Shown here piece by piece: positions 28,818 through 38,701 of a stretch of 64,000 bases of DNA. Position 1 is the first letter of the stretch, and every line of letters begins with the position of its first letter. Both the position numbers and the translations under genes were made by a program. The notes beneath the pieces are model-generated. The model searched no databases. It was not told the DNA's origin and saw only the letters and a list, made by a program, of their open reading frames with translations. The stretch lies in the IMG/VR virus record IMGVR_UViG_3300006217_000002. The stretch is one strand, 5' to 3'. This stretch comes from a virus. Taxonomy: Duplodnaviria; Heunggongvirae; Uroviricota; Caudoviricetes.

Positions 28818-30209
28818 GTGAACGACGGAATTTTCAGTCTTAATATTTGGGGATATGATGATATCACGGAACTCATATCTGAGTCTGTAGATATAAATCC
28901 AATTATCATGGAAGCTACAGATGGTGCAACTAAGAAGAACATCTTCTCTAGACTCATCAGTCTTTTGAAACGTTTATATAGGATCATAAAAGCTAAAATG
29001 TCTGAGGTAACTTCATCTTTTGTGTCTATATTTAAAACTAAAAAAGTTGATGATAAAACCTTAGATCAGATTGCTGAATACGTTCTAGGAGAAGTTGAAG
29101 ATGTACCTACTAGCAAACATCTTCGTTTCAGATATGAAGATGATAAGAGAATTACAATAAACTACATTGCAAATACAGTTAAAAAGTTTATTAAAGAACC
29201 TGATGTACCTGGTCATGATCCAAAAGATAGGCCATATCAATATGCAATACTATTAGTATTTCATCTTATTAAGAAACCATATCTTCTTGATCCTGTTATC
29301 GAAATGCTTGATGATATAAGTACCAATAGCGGAAATATAACATTTCCTGTTGCAAGAATGAAAGAATCATTAAATGCAATATGGGCTGGTACATCGCTTG
29401 GTTTAAGTTGTAACATATCATTAGAAGAATGGACTGCATTGAATAATAAAATAGTGGCACTTAATAAGAAAATGGAGACTGTAGACGATGAAACATTTGA
29501 TAGAATAAATATTGATGATAACGGCAATGGTTTAACTAAAGATTGGGCGAAAATTTTTAATGAACTCACTTCGTTAACTGCATTCTTACAAAAAGGAATA
29601 AATTCTATTGGAGATGGAATGCGTCAAATATATACTCTTGATGATAAATTTCATAATAGAATTAATGCAAACAATTTCAAGGATACTCTTCCAAAATTTG
29701 TAAAAATGTGTGTTGAGTATAATATTCCAAGTAAATATATTCATTATGCCGTTAGACAGATATGTGATATTTCTATCAATTCAGATATTAAAAATCCAAA
29801 TGTTAAAGCAGATGATGAAGCTTATCTAAAAGGAAACGGAAGATTTGTTATATTCCCAAGTGACCAGTCACTTTCAGGGAAAATCATAAAAGTTGCATAT
29901 AATGGACTAGGAGTAAGAGGTAATCGTAGTGAGTTCATTGTATGGAACAAGGTAAAAGATATTCCTGAAATAGCAGATGAATTATATTATATTTATGATA
30001 TAGGAGATGAAGAAAACTATGTAATTGTAACTGATAGAGCAACTCCTATTGATAAATATGATAAATGTACAGAATGGAACAATCGGATGAAACAGCTCTG
30101 TATAGACAATAACGTAGGTTTCATTATAAGATGTAATGACGGAGGTTTTGGTGAATTAAACGGAAAGGTAATATGTATTGACTATGGAAATGTTCATAGA
30201 ATAAACTAG
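28818..30209 (+). CDS. Putative head-packaged protein with degenerate kinase-like domain (paralog 2)
   Basis: GNGRFVIFP..IIKVAYNGLGVRGNRSE..RCNDGGFG..CIDYG; GTG start with RBS AGGAGG. Confidence 0.65.
   Translation: MNDGIFSLNIWGYDDITELISESVDINPIIMEATDGATKKNIFSRLISLLKRLYRIIKAKMSEVTSSFVSIFKTKKVDDKTLDQIAEYVLGEVEDVPTSKHLRFRYEDDKRITINYIANTVKKFIKEPDVPGHDPKDRPYQYAILLVFHLIKKPYLLDPVIEMLDDISTNSGNITFPVARMKESLNAIWAGTSLGLSCNISLEEWTALNNKIVALNKKMETVDDETFDRINIDDNGNGLTKDWAKIFNELTSLTAFLQKGINSIGDGMRQIYTLDDKFHNRINANNFKDTLPKFVKMCVEYNIPSKYIHYAVRQICDISINSDIKNPNVKADDEAYLKGNGRFVIFPSDQSLSGKIIKVAYNGLGVRGNRSEFIVWNKVKDIPEIADELYYIYDIGDEENYVIVTDRATPIDKYDKCTEWNNRMKQLCIDNNVGFIIRCNDGGFGELNGKVICIDYGNVHRIN
28902..28954 (+). 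repeat. 53-bp exact direct repeat, copy 2
   Basis: Identical to 25084-25136. Confidence 0.95.
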
Positions 30210-30282
30210 AAGATAGTATGATGACTTCCTCAATTTATATATTATTATAGTAATAAATATATAGTGAAAGGAAGTGTTTGTC

Positions 30283-31014
30283 ATGAAGTATGTAGTATCC
30301 GATATTCATGGAAATCTCGAGAACTGGAAATCAATACTCGGGAAAATAAATTTGAATGGAGGCGATGAACTATATGTGCTTGGGGATGTTATTGATCGTC
30401 ATCCTCATGGTATTGATATCCTTCTTCAGATTATGTCTATGAAAAATGTCCATATGATCCTTGGAAACCATGAGTATATGATGTTAGAAGCTCTTGGATT
30501 TCCTTATGATGAATCAACGATTGTTGGAGTTAAACAAACAAGAGAAGCATTAGGTGTGTGGTATATCAACGGAGGCGAAGTAACACATGAGGCATACAAG
30601 AAACTATCAGAAGAAGAACAACTTAGAGTTATTGAATTCTTGAGAGATTTACCAATCAATATGAATGTAGAGGTTGGTAAAACTGTATACCGTTTATGTC
30701 ATGCAACTGTAGAAGAGATGTACGATTTAGTAGAATTATGTCATCCTGAAACTAGAACATCTTTCTGTGTATGGGATAGAGAAACTGTTATGATGCTAGC
30801 TGTATTGATGGATGAAGATACGAAAATAATATTCGGACATACTCCTACAATTAATTTCCAACCTGATAAAGAAACTCTTGAGATATTTAAATACGGAAAC
30901 GTTATAGGTATAGATTGTGGATCAGGATTTCCTGAGTACTCTAAGCATTTTAAATGCCGTGGAAGACTAGCATGCTTATGTCTCGATACTGAAGAAGTGA
31001 TTTATAGCAAGTAA
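30283..31014 (+). CDS. Ser/Thr protein phosphatase (PPP/lambda-phosphatase-like metallophosphoesterase)
   Basis: SDIHG, LGDVIDR, GNHE, W..NGG, CHA, FGHTPT, IDCG. Confidence 0.88.
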   Translation: MKYVVSDIHGNLENWKSILGKINLNGGDELYVLGDVIDRHPHGIDILLQIMSMKNVHMILGNHEYMMLEALGFPYDESTIVGVKQTREALGVWYINGGEVTHEAYKKLSEEEQLRVIEFLRDLPINMNVEVGKTVYRLCHATVEEMYDLVELCHPETRTSFCVWDRETVMMLAVLMDEDTKIIFGHTPTINFQPDKETLEIFKYGNVIGIDCGSGFPEYSKHFKCRGRLACLCLDTEEVIYSK

Positions 31015-31019
31015 AATAC

Positions 31020-31058
31020 AAATAACAGAGAGGAGGAAATTCCTCCTCTCTGTTATTT
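31020..31058. terminator. Terminator hairpin
   Basis: AAATAACAGAGAGGAGGAA-A-TTCCTCCTCTCTGTTATTT. Confidence 0.85.
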
Positions 31059-31080
31059 AATTAATGAAAGGAAGATATAT

Positions 31081-31563
31081 ATGTATACAATAGAAAGCCT
31101 TAATGAAACATTCGAAAGGAAACATCAGGAAACTCTAAAAGATCCTCTATATGGAGATGAGATTAAACCTCTATTCAATGATGATGGAACATTTAACAGA
31201 GACAACTGGAATAGTTTTCAGGCTGATATAAGATCAAGGTTGGAGCGTTCAGATATCATATGTTGCGGTAATGAACTCCATATTGAGCATGAAGTTCCAG
31301 ATGAAAGAAATAATGATTATACATTATTAACCAATCTTGATTGTTTCATTACGTGGAGCCGTGATCAATGGCATATTATCATTAGCATTATATGCGATGA
31401 AACTGAACTTTATGATTCTTATGTAATTTCATGGTACAAGAGTAGAGGTAGGACAGAAATGATCACAAAGAATGGGGTAGCTATAAATATCAATGAGTAT
31501 GTAGACGTTCTCAATAAGCTCGAAGATATGGGTTTCTTCAATACAGAGAAATGGAGATTTTAA
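31081..31563 (+). CDS. Hypothetical protein
   Basis: 160-aa ORF with RBS; ISWYKSRGRTE motif. Confidence 0.7.
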   Translation: MYTIESLNETFERKHQETLKDPLYGDEIKPLFNDDGTFNRDNWNSFQADIRSRLERSDIICCGNELHIEHEVPDERNNDYTLLTNLDCFITWSRDQWHIIISIICDETELYDSYVISWYKSRGRTEMITKNGVAININEYVDVLNKLEDMGFFNTEKWRF

Positions 31564-31574
31564 GGAGGTAATAT

Positions 31575-31988
31575 ATGGAAAATACATTAAACATAAATGT
31601 GAATTCAGCAAGAACTGCATTGTTTAACATCATGATGTATCTTAACAAAGATTTCGATGGAGATTTTATAACTATAGATGGCGTGAAATATTACGCAAAC
31701 ATTAATACGGATTACATTTCTATATGTGATAAACTCCCGAGAATAAAAAAGAAAGATGGCACAGCATATGTGACAGGAGACGCACAGGATTGGACATATC
31801 ATTACACATGGGAAGACTTTATGGAAACATTCAATGATGCGTCAAGCGACGAAAGATCTGAACGAAATGTTGTTTTCAAGAAAGTAAGAGAATATTTTAT
31901 GGAGAATCCAAAAGAAGCTTTGGGAGGTCCGGATAAAACAATTACGGAAGAATATGTACTGCAGATATGTAAACAATCCGTGATCTAG
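31575..31988 (+). CDS. Hypothetical protein
   Basis: 137-aa ORF, RBS AAGGAGG. Confidence 0.7.
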   Translation: MENTLNINVNSARTALFNIMMYLNKDFDGDFITIDGVKYYANINTDYISICDKLPRIKKKDGTAYVTGDAQDWTYHYTWEDFMETFNDASSDERSERNVVFKKVREYFMENPKEALGGPDKTITEEYVLQICKQSVI

Positions 31989-32000
31989 TATAGGATTCAT

Positions 32001-32045
32001 ATAAGCACCAGCATTATTGTTTTAAATGCTGGTGCTTATTTTTTT
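32001..32045 (+). terminator. Rho-independent terminator
   Basis: ATAAGCACCAGCATT...AATGCTGGTGCTTAT plus T run. Confidence 0.85.
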
Positions 32046-32076
32046 ATTTTTATCAAAAAATGAAAGGAGATTAAAT

Positions 32077-33660
32077 ATGGATTTAGTATCAGTAATTCTC
32101 GAATCAATGGATTTAGATCCATTAAGGAAATATGAAAGCAGCGATCCTTACGAAATGTTTTCAGAAAATGGAGATACGTTCCTTGAAGAAGCATTATCTG
32201 AAGCTGGAAAGGATGCAAACAAAAAAAATGTTATACAGAAGATCTGGGATTTTATTAAGAAGATTTGTAAATGGATATCAAAACAATTATCAAGATTTAT
32301 ATCTTTCATCAAAGGTTTCTTTAAGAAGAAATCTAAGAGTGCAGATCAAATAGCAGAAGAAGTAGTTCCAAGTAATAAAAGAAATGTTATCACTGGAGCT
32401 GCTATGGCTGCAGCAGGTGCAGTAGCAGCTGGTGCCGCAGTTGCTAATAAAAATAAATCATCAGATCCTTCATCAGTATCAGTACAAACAGTTGAATCAA
32501 CTAGCATTCCTTCTAATCCATCATCTTCAATTAGTCCTCCTTCACTTGATGATATAGTCAAGAACTTAATTTGTGCATTTGAAGATGATAAAAATACAGT
32601 TAAGTTTTCTTGGAATCAAATTCAGGAGAATGGTAAAGGAGCTAAAATTAAAGGCAAAGGATTAGTCAGAGGAATGAATGACGTTGTAGAAGTATACATG
32701 ATGATCAATAATCCTGACTTAATGAGTGAATTTCTTGCTTGTCTTGATATTATCAAGACAAGAGAATTAGCTAATAATAATTTCAGTGCTAAATATCAAA
32801 GTTTTGTAAATAATTACAATAACTACAGAAGATCAATTAGTAGTATGGCTCAAAGTGATTTTTCAATTAAACTTGATGATCTTGATCGTTTTAATAAACA
32901 ATTTATCGAGATTAACAAAGTATTGGAGATTATCGATAGCCCTGAAATTGTTGATCAAAAAGGTATGAATATGGGAGTTACTGCTAAACCGTATGATTCA
33001 AGCTCTGTCATCAGAAATCTTAATGATATAGCTGGTTTAGTAGCAAGATGGCAAATGGGTATAAGTGGTATTGTAGGATGCCTTAAATCTGTATATCAGA
33101 TTGATAGTTCATTTAATAATACTATTGATGATATTGAAACGCTTAGTCAATTCGTTCAGAAATGTATGGATTCAGGAATTCCTGGTAAGTACATTATGTG
33201 GAATGGATATAAAATATCATCACCTAAGTTAAAAGGATCTGGTAAAAATGGATCTGAAACTTCTCCTATTTGGGGTCAGTCAAGATTTGTATTCTTCCCT
33301 GATGATAATCCGCAAGTCGTGTATAAAGTTGCATATAACCCATGGGGATTGAGGGCTAATAAATCTGAAACAATGGTCACTGATAAGGTGAAAGAAACTG
33401 GTTATACAGAAGATATCATTGCTAAGGTTGTTAGTCATACTCAGAACGATCATGTTATTAGTATTGAAAGAGCTGATAATCAAGATACTCCTAGCATTAG
33501 TGTAATTAGCAATGTTAAAGATAAACTTGAAAACTTCTGTAGGTCTCAGAAACTTCCTATATCTCTTATTGCTGATATTCACGCAGGAAATGTTAGAAAG
33601 ATCAAAGGAAAATGGGTTGCAATTGATTACGGCGATGTAGAAAGATCTTATGCAGTATAG
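32077..33660 (+). CDS. Putative head-packaged protein with intact atypical kinase domain (paralog 3)
   Basis: WGQSRFVF..VYKVAYNPWGLRANKSE..ADIHAGNV..AIDYG; leader ILE|S..FLEEALSE|A; RBS AAAGGAG before ATG 32077. Confidence 0.72.
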   Translation: MDLVSVILESMDLDPLRKYESSDPYEMFSENGDTFLEEALSEAGKDANKKNVIQKIWDFIKKICKWISKQLSRFISFIKGFFKKKSKSADQIAEEVVPSNKRNVITGAAMAAAGAVAAGAAVANKNKSSDPSSVSVQTVESTSIPSNPSSSISPPSLDDIVKNLICAFEDDKNTVKFSWNQIQENGKGAKIKGKGLVRGMNDVVEVYMMINNPDLMSEFLACLDIIKTRELANNNFSAKYQSFVNNYNNYRRSISSMAQSDFSIKLDDLDRFNKQFIEINKVLEIIDSPEIVDQKGMNMGVTAKPYDSSSVIRNLNDIAGLVARWQMGISGIVGCLKSVYQIDSSFNNTIDDIETLSQFVQKCMDSGIPGKYIMWNGYKISSPKLKGSGKNGSETSPIWGQSRFVFFPDDNPQVVYKVAYNPWGLRANKSETMVTDKVKETGYTEDIIAKVVSHTQNDHVISIERADNQDTPSISVISNVKDKLENFCRSQKLPISLIADIHAGNVRKIKGKWVAIDYGDVERSYAV

Positions 33661-33676
33661 AAATATGTAATTATAG

Positions 33677-33715
33677 AACATGACGTTAAATGGACGAGAT
33701 GTTTACATGTTCTTA
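33677..33715 (+). promoter_or_regulatory. Tandem putative late promoters
   Basis: AACATGACGTTA (33677-33688) and TACATGTTCTTA (33704-33715). Confidence 0.45.
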
Positions 33716-33748
33716 AAATAATATTTTAAAGTAAAGGAGATAATCGAC

Positions 33749-34747
33749 ATGAATAAAGGTTTATTTCAACTTGAAAGCTTTGACGAGATGAAAGATGATG
33801 ATCTTCTTCAGATGAATCTGAATGAAGGCTCAGAAGAGTTCTCTGTAAAGTGCCCCTCTTCAAATCCCACCGTAGACTTTGATAAAGATGCTACTAGTGG
33901 TTCGGAACATACAATTCCTGTACCTGGCGGTGACAAGGAATCTCCATCAGCTAAATCTGTTGAAGGAGCTAATGTTGCTGTACCTGGAGGAGATAAAGAA
34001 ACTCCTACTGCTAAACCGAGTGATGCAGCTGCAGTATCTGTGCCTGCTACTGTAACTCTTACGTCAGACGAATACAACAGTGCAATTAGTGCACTTAAAA
34101 AGAGTTTTAAAGAAGCAGTAGATATCTGTGCAATTCTTGAGTCAGCATCAGTAGTTCATAAGACTACAGAAGAGATGCAGGAAGAGTTTGTTGAAGCTGC
34201 TATTGGGGATGCTATTCTTCAGAGCTATGAAGACGGTCCTCTATTTGAAAAAGTATCTAGAACTGATAAAAATGACGTAAAGAAGATTGTAAGAAAGATC
34301 AGATCTGGAGTAGCAAGAGCTTGTAAAAATGACAATGTTCATTTCTATCAGCCTAATCTTGTTGCACGAATTCTCGTAGGAGGGATTACTTCACCTGTGG
34401 GAGGAGCATCTCATCTAGCAGCTGGTCTTACTCAGATCTTTAGTACACGTTTATGGCAAGTTCTTGGTATCTGCCATGCTGAAGATGGAAATATTAAAAC
34501 TATTTGTGATAATTTGACACAAAAGTTTGCGGATGACCTTGGAGATTATAAAGTACTTTATGTAAAAGCTCCTATGACTATCTTTGACGTATTCAAAACT
34601 CATTTTGGATGGAAAGACAATCGCGGAGCGTTTTTCTTGTTAGTAGATACTAAGATTCCTTCTGAGATCAGAGCTGCAGCTAAGGAAATTAACGATCAGC
34701 TTACTAAATCTAAATCTGAAGGAAACAAAGATGGAGAAAAAGAATAA
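33749..34747 (+). CDS. Putative head-internal protein
   Basis: QLE|S, ILE|S and FVE|A motifs; internal duplication VPGGDKESPSAK/VPGGDKETPTAK. Confidence 0.55.
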   Translation: MNKGLFQLESFDEMKDDDLLQMNLNEGSEEFSVKCPSSNPTVDFDKDATSGSEHTIPVPGGDKESPSAKSVEGANVAVPGGDKETPTAKPSDAAAVSVPATVTLTSDEYNSAISALKKSFKEAVDICAILESASVVHKTTEEMQEEFVEAAIGDAILQSYEDGPLFEKVSRTDKNDVKKIVRKIRSGVARACKNDNVHFYQPNLVARILVGGITSPVGGASHLAAGLTQIFSTRLWQVLGICHAEDGNIKTICDNLTQKFADDLGDYKVLYVKAPMTIFDVFKTHFGWKDNRGAFFLLVDTKIPSEIRAAAKEINDQLTKSKSEGNKDGEKE

Positions 34748-34780
34748 AAATAAATAAATCCATATCTTGTCCAATAAAAT

Positions 34781-34813
34781 ATATGTAGGGAGGTGTTGAA
34801 CCTCCCTACATAT
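34781..34813. terminator. Bidirectional terminator
   Basis: ATATGTAGGGAGGT-GTTGA-ACCTCCCTACATAT between convergent genes. Confidence 0.85.
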
Positions 34814-34819
34814 GATCTT

Positions 34820-35287
34820 TTAATTATTATAGATTGATAAAGCATCGAGACACTGTCTAAGGGAATCTAAAGATTCTTTGGTTTTAATCTTAGAAAGATA
34901 TTCACTTAATTCAGGAGTTATATAACCCTCAGTCAATGCTTCCCTTATAATGATTCTGTCGACAACTTCTTCAGTGGCAGTATTTATGATCTCGATTCGA
35001 TTGTCTGCTGTATTAAGATTAAATCTAACACAGAAATTCTCAATAACTTCACCTACAGTAGGAGGAACGACAATTGTTTCTTCTTTTTCATCTTCAGTAT
35101 CAAAGAAAGAATCTTCATAGTCGTCCTCCTCAATTTCTGTACAATCTCCATCAATAATATCAACATCAGTTAAGTTGAGACCAGGAAATTTGTCCTCCAG
35201 AAATTGTCCAATTGTGTTACACATAGAACCGAACAAAGATCCAATCCTTGTGTCATGCGTGTTTCTCATGTTGTCATAAAATTTCAT
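34820..35287 (-). CDS. Hypothetical acidic protein
   Basis: 155-aa ORF, RBS AAGGAGGA. Confidence 0.7.
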   Translation of the reverse strand: MKFYDNMRNTHDTRIGSLFGSMCNTIGQFLEDKFPGLNLTDVDIIDGDCTEIEEDDYEDSFFDTEDEKEETIVVPPTVGEVIENFCVRFNLNTADNRIEIINTATEEVVDRIIIREALTEGYITPELSEYLSKIKTKESLDSLRQCLDALSIYNN

Positions 35288-35321
35288 ATTGGCGTCCTCC
35301 TTTTATAAATAAATTTATTTT

Positions 35322-36206
35322 TTATTCATTAAATTCGAATACCATATTTCCATTTTCATATAGCTGTACAGAATATGAAAATCCTGCTATTCGAATGAAC
35401 CTACTAAATAGTTGAGCGGATAATGGCTTATTGTTGTTTACTGTGGTCAATAAGTTATTGACTGTATAATCATCGTCGCATGATGATCTTAGAGATGCTT
35501 TTGTTATATTCTCCATTATCATCAGTAGCTTAACAATTTTCTTGAATGGATCGTCATTAGTTTTCGTTATATTATCATATTTGACGATACCAGTTTCAAA
35601 TACATCTTCTGGATAGTTATAAGTTAAACATCTTTTATCACCTTTAAACACTTTAACTTTATAACTGAGATGCAATATTCCATCTATCCAGACTGACCAT
35701 TTCTCGTATCTCATAAATGTTATTTTAGTCAGAGCTGAATAGTAGCTTTCAACTATATTTTGATTTATCTTAGGAGCTGCCATATCGATTAAATCCACTA
35801 TGGTGATATTTTTATGACATATAACTCCTTTGATACATTGGGTGAACATATTATCTTCATCGGAGATTTGGGGTTTTAACAAATCTCCGTTATCACTTTT
35901 TCTTTGCATATACAAGACATTTTTGGCTACTTCCTTATCAATTGAAGAAGCTAGGGTTTCAATATCTATTCTCTTAACGTCTTTATCAAAATATTTCTCT
36001 TTTGAAAATTGTGAAATATAATATTTCTTACCATCCCAAATTGGGAAATATCCTGTCTTAGGATTTGACCTAGTCTCGGTTAACGAATAATAATAAAGTC
36101 TTCCATTAGACTTGTCATAATATAATTTTCCCTCTATCGGTGACTTATCGTCAGTAGTACCGTATACTTCGTAGGTACATTTGGTCGATGGTATAATTCC
36201 TAACAT
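35322..36206 (-). CDS. Hypothetical protein with two degenerate HTH-like repeats
   Basis: DNMFTQCIKGVICHKNITIVDL / DDPFKKIVKLLMIMENITKASL; early-type motif at 36240-36247. Confidence 0.55.
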   Translation of the reverse strand: MLGIIPSTKCTYEVYGTTDDKSPIEGKLYYDKSNGRLYYYSLTETRSNPKTGYFPIWDGKKYYISQFSKEKYFDKDVKRIDIETLASSIDKEVAKNVLYMQRKSDNGDLLKPQISDEDNMFTQCIKGVICHKNITIVDLIDMAAPKINQNIVESYYSALTKITFMRYEKWSVWIDGILHLSYKVKVFKGDKRCLTYNYPEDVFETGIVKYDNITKTNDDPFKKIVKLLMIMENITKASLRSSCDDDYTVNNLLTTVNNNKPLSAQLFSRFIRIAGFSYSVQLYENGNMVFEFNE

Positions 36207-36254
36207 AAACAATCACCTCTTATATCTTTATTTACCTCTATAATATATAAGCAA

Positions 36255-36287
36255 ATTAGAAGGGAGGTTGCGTTCCTCCCTTCTAAT
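36255..36287. terminator. Terminator hairpin
   Basis: ATTAGAAGGGAGG-TTGCGTT-CCTCCCTTCTAAT. Confidence 0.8.
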
Positions 36288-36292
36288 CACGG

Positions 36293-36976
36293 CTAATCTT
36301 GGAATTCACGAGGATCGATTGTTTTAGGAATATTATTGTTAACAGGTTTCTTAGGAGGAATAATATCTGTATGCGGAGTTATTGGACCATGCTTAACAGT
36401 GGGATTGCAATAATTTAGGTACATCATGAATCCAATACTGTCAATATCTAAATGGTCTAGTGTATGTTCTAACGCTGTTAATTCATTCAATGTCAGTAAT
36501 ACAGATGACTGCTCATTGTTGAATTTGATTTTTATCCCTTCTACCTGTTGATCATTAGTAACTATGATGACTGCAGAGAATTCAATTGTGACGTTTCCAA
36601 TCTTAAAAACTCTACGAACTTTCTCTGCCACTTGTTGATTAAGTTCCAACCTATCTCCCCTGTACACATATAGATCAGGAATTTTCATATCCTTCTTTAT
36701 TTCTTTTAATTCATCAACGAATATAGGAAATGTGTACTTTGTCATCCCAATGGAATCATTAGGATTCCACACTGCTTTTATTTTATTCCCACTTGAATCA
36801 GTTTCTGATGGTCTCACTATATTTAATGATATTACTGGATATAATGAGATATTAGTACTAGTACCTCCATCGAAGGCAGATGAATATTCAGCAGCTCTAT
36901 CGTCAACTGTTATCCTTATTTCCCCAGTGAGTTTATTAGGAATAGTCAGGTATCTATATCTTACGATTTGTTTCAT
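36293..36976 (-). CDS. Hypothetical protein downstream of the RNAP subunit
   Basis: RBS GGAGGT before ATG 36976. Confidence 0.7.
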   Translation of the reverse strand: MKQIVRYRYLTIPNKLTGEIRITVDDRAAEYSSAFDGGTSTNISLYPVISLNIVRPSETDSSGNKIKAVWNPNDSIGMTKYTFPIFVDELKEIKKDMKIPDLYVYRGDRLELNQQVAEKVRRVFKIGNVTIEFSAVIIVTNDQQVEGIKIKFNNEQSSVLLTLNELTALEHTLDHLDIDSIGFMMYLNYCNPTVKHGPITPHTDIIPPKKPVNNNIPKTIDPREFQD

Positions 36977-36994
36977 ATTTACCTCCAATTTCGA

Positions 36995-38701
36995 TTATTT
37001 GTTTCCATTATCTTCCATAAGTAGAGATTCATCGAACTTCCTGTAATTGTCTCTCGGATCTTTCTCTACAACAATCTCCATTGGGTTATTAGAAACTCCA
37101 GAGATTTTAAGCTTGTTTTCACCTGCCTTAAATAACGCGTCTAGGACTGCATTATATTCTTCTTCAGAATCACATTTGATACATAATTCTTCATAATCAT
37201 CTCCTAAAGGACACTGATCCAGTAGCTTAGATATCTTATAATGCATTTCATTTTCATAAAGTGATTCATCGAAATACATAGATTTGATATCACAATATGG
37301 GCTTAATGAACCAGATCTACCAGGATCGCTTGCCGATGTTTCAGCTATATCAATAAATCCTAACATTGATGGATGAAGAGTTCTTTGACGAATTGGGATT
37401 CTTCTATTATCATTATTTCCAAGTGAGTTAGGACCTTTAGCTGTAAATCTGAATTTAGCTTCAAAATCCATATCAGAGTTATTCTCGGCATATCTTAATA
37501 CTCCAGATGAATATAATTTAGTGATGAATATATCCTCAGGAAATCTGAAACATTTTAGATAGTCCTGAATTCCTGCTTTATCTCCAAGACTAACTATTCG
37601 ATTTATTCTCTTAGATACCTCGGCTGTTACAAAACTACCAATGTATTCATGACATCTTAGTCTTTTATTTATCATGGACAAATTATCCTTTGACCATAGC
37701 GTATGGTAGTTTTGAATAATCCATTTAAGAAGATAATAAATATTCTGTTTATCATATTCATTAATCTTCAATTCCTTACGTGTAACGTCATCCAGTAATC
37801 GATTAAAGAATACATGCTGATATATACCTCTTCGTATAGTATTCTTTCCTCCTACTACCATCATCCAGTTTTCCCAGTTGTCTATGTCCTCATATTTAAC
37901 CTTGGTTTCTTCAAATAGTTTTACGAGGCATCCGACAATTGATTTTACATATATCTCCTGATCAAAGATATCTTTTCTAACCGCTATTACAACGTCAGAT
38001 TTCTTCCCACATTCAAATCTCAAGATATTTTCATGCTTAATAGGGTTCTCACTTTTCTGTTCAACGTGAATGAATCTGTCAACTTCTAAGAAATTTAACA
38101 TCTTAGATACAGTTAGATGTGAATATATAAGTAACACATTTATCGCAGATTTGAAGATTTGAATTGTGTATGTAGGAATTGTGTAAACATTCCCATCAGT
38201 ATCTGTAAAGTCATCTTTAGATGTTTTAACACAGATAGGCATCAATGATTTAATTGTAACAGCACCAAAAGATGGATATAACATTTTATCTACCATCTGG
38301 TATATTAGATAACATTTCTTTCCTTTGATCAAATAATAGCCATCTTTATCTTCAATAGGAATAACAATAGGTTTCTTTAAATACACAACCTTTTCTTTTC
38401 CATCTTTATCGAGTCCTTTTACTTCAATATCAAGATACATAACTCCGCATCTTGTCTCTGCAATGTTTTTGATGACCTTGTTCTTATTTGAGTTACGTCT
38501 GATAACATGATCATTTACATCATATTTATCTTCGTCAGGAACCCATTCGTAGCCTAATATTTTTATATTAGGGAGGATTTCAAATCCTTTAAACGCATCA
38601 AATATAAATTCTTCCAATGGTTTATCGAATGCTTTATTCATTAAATCTTCATTAAGCATATCACGATAATCATTTGGAAGATCGTTCAGATATTTCAGCA
38701 T
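36995..38701 (-). CDS. Multisubunit RNA polymerase beta subunit, N-terminal half (split jumbo-phage RNAP)
   Basis: IPIEDKDGYYLIKGKKCYLIYQM and KGPNSLG..RQRTLHPSMLGFIDIAETSASDPGRSGSL correspond to RpoB conserved regions; the protein ends before the C-terminal half. Confidence 0.85.
   Translation of the reverse strand: MLKYLNDLPNDYRDMLNEDLMNKAFDKPLEEFIFDAFKGFEILPNIKILGYEWVPDEDKYDVNDHVIRRNSNKNKVIKNIAETRCGVMYLDIEVKGLDKDGKEKVVYLKKPIVIPIEDKDGYYLIKGKKCYLIYQMVDKMLYPSFGAVTIKSLMPICVKTSKDDFTDTDGNVYTIPTYTIQIFKSAINVLLIYSHLTVSKMLNFLEVDRFIHVEQKSENPIKHENILRFECGKKSDVVIAVRKDIFDQEIYVKSIVGCLVKLFEETKVKYEDIDNWENWMMVVGGKNTIRRGIYQHVFFNRLLDDVTRKELKINEYDKQNIYYLLKWIIQNYHTLWSKDNLSMINKRLRCHEYIGSFVTAEVSKRINRIVSLGDKAGIQDYLKCFRFPEDIFITKLYSSGVLRYAENNSDMDFEAKFRFTAKGPNSLGNNDNRRIPIRQRTLHPSMLGFIDIAETSASDPGRSGSLSPYCDIKSMYFDESLYENEMHYKISKLLDQCPLGDDYEELCIKCDSEEEYNAVLDALFKAGENKLKISGVSNNPMEIVVEKDPRDNYRKFDESLLMEDNGNK

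Noticed and set aside
33915-34020. VPGGDKE duplication as a mobile or regulatory repeat
   Set aside because: Only a two-copy in-frame duplication in a low-complexity leader region
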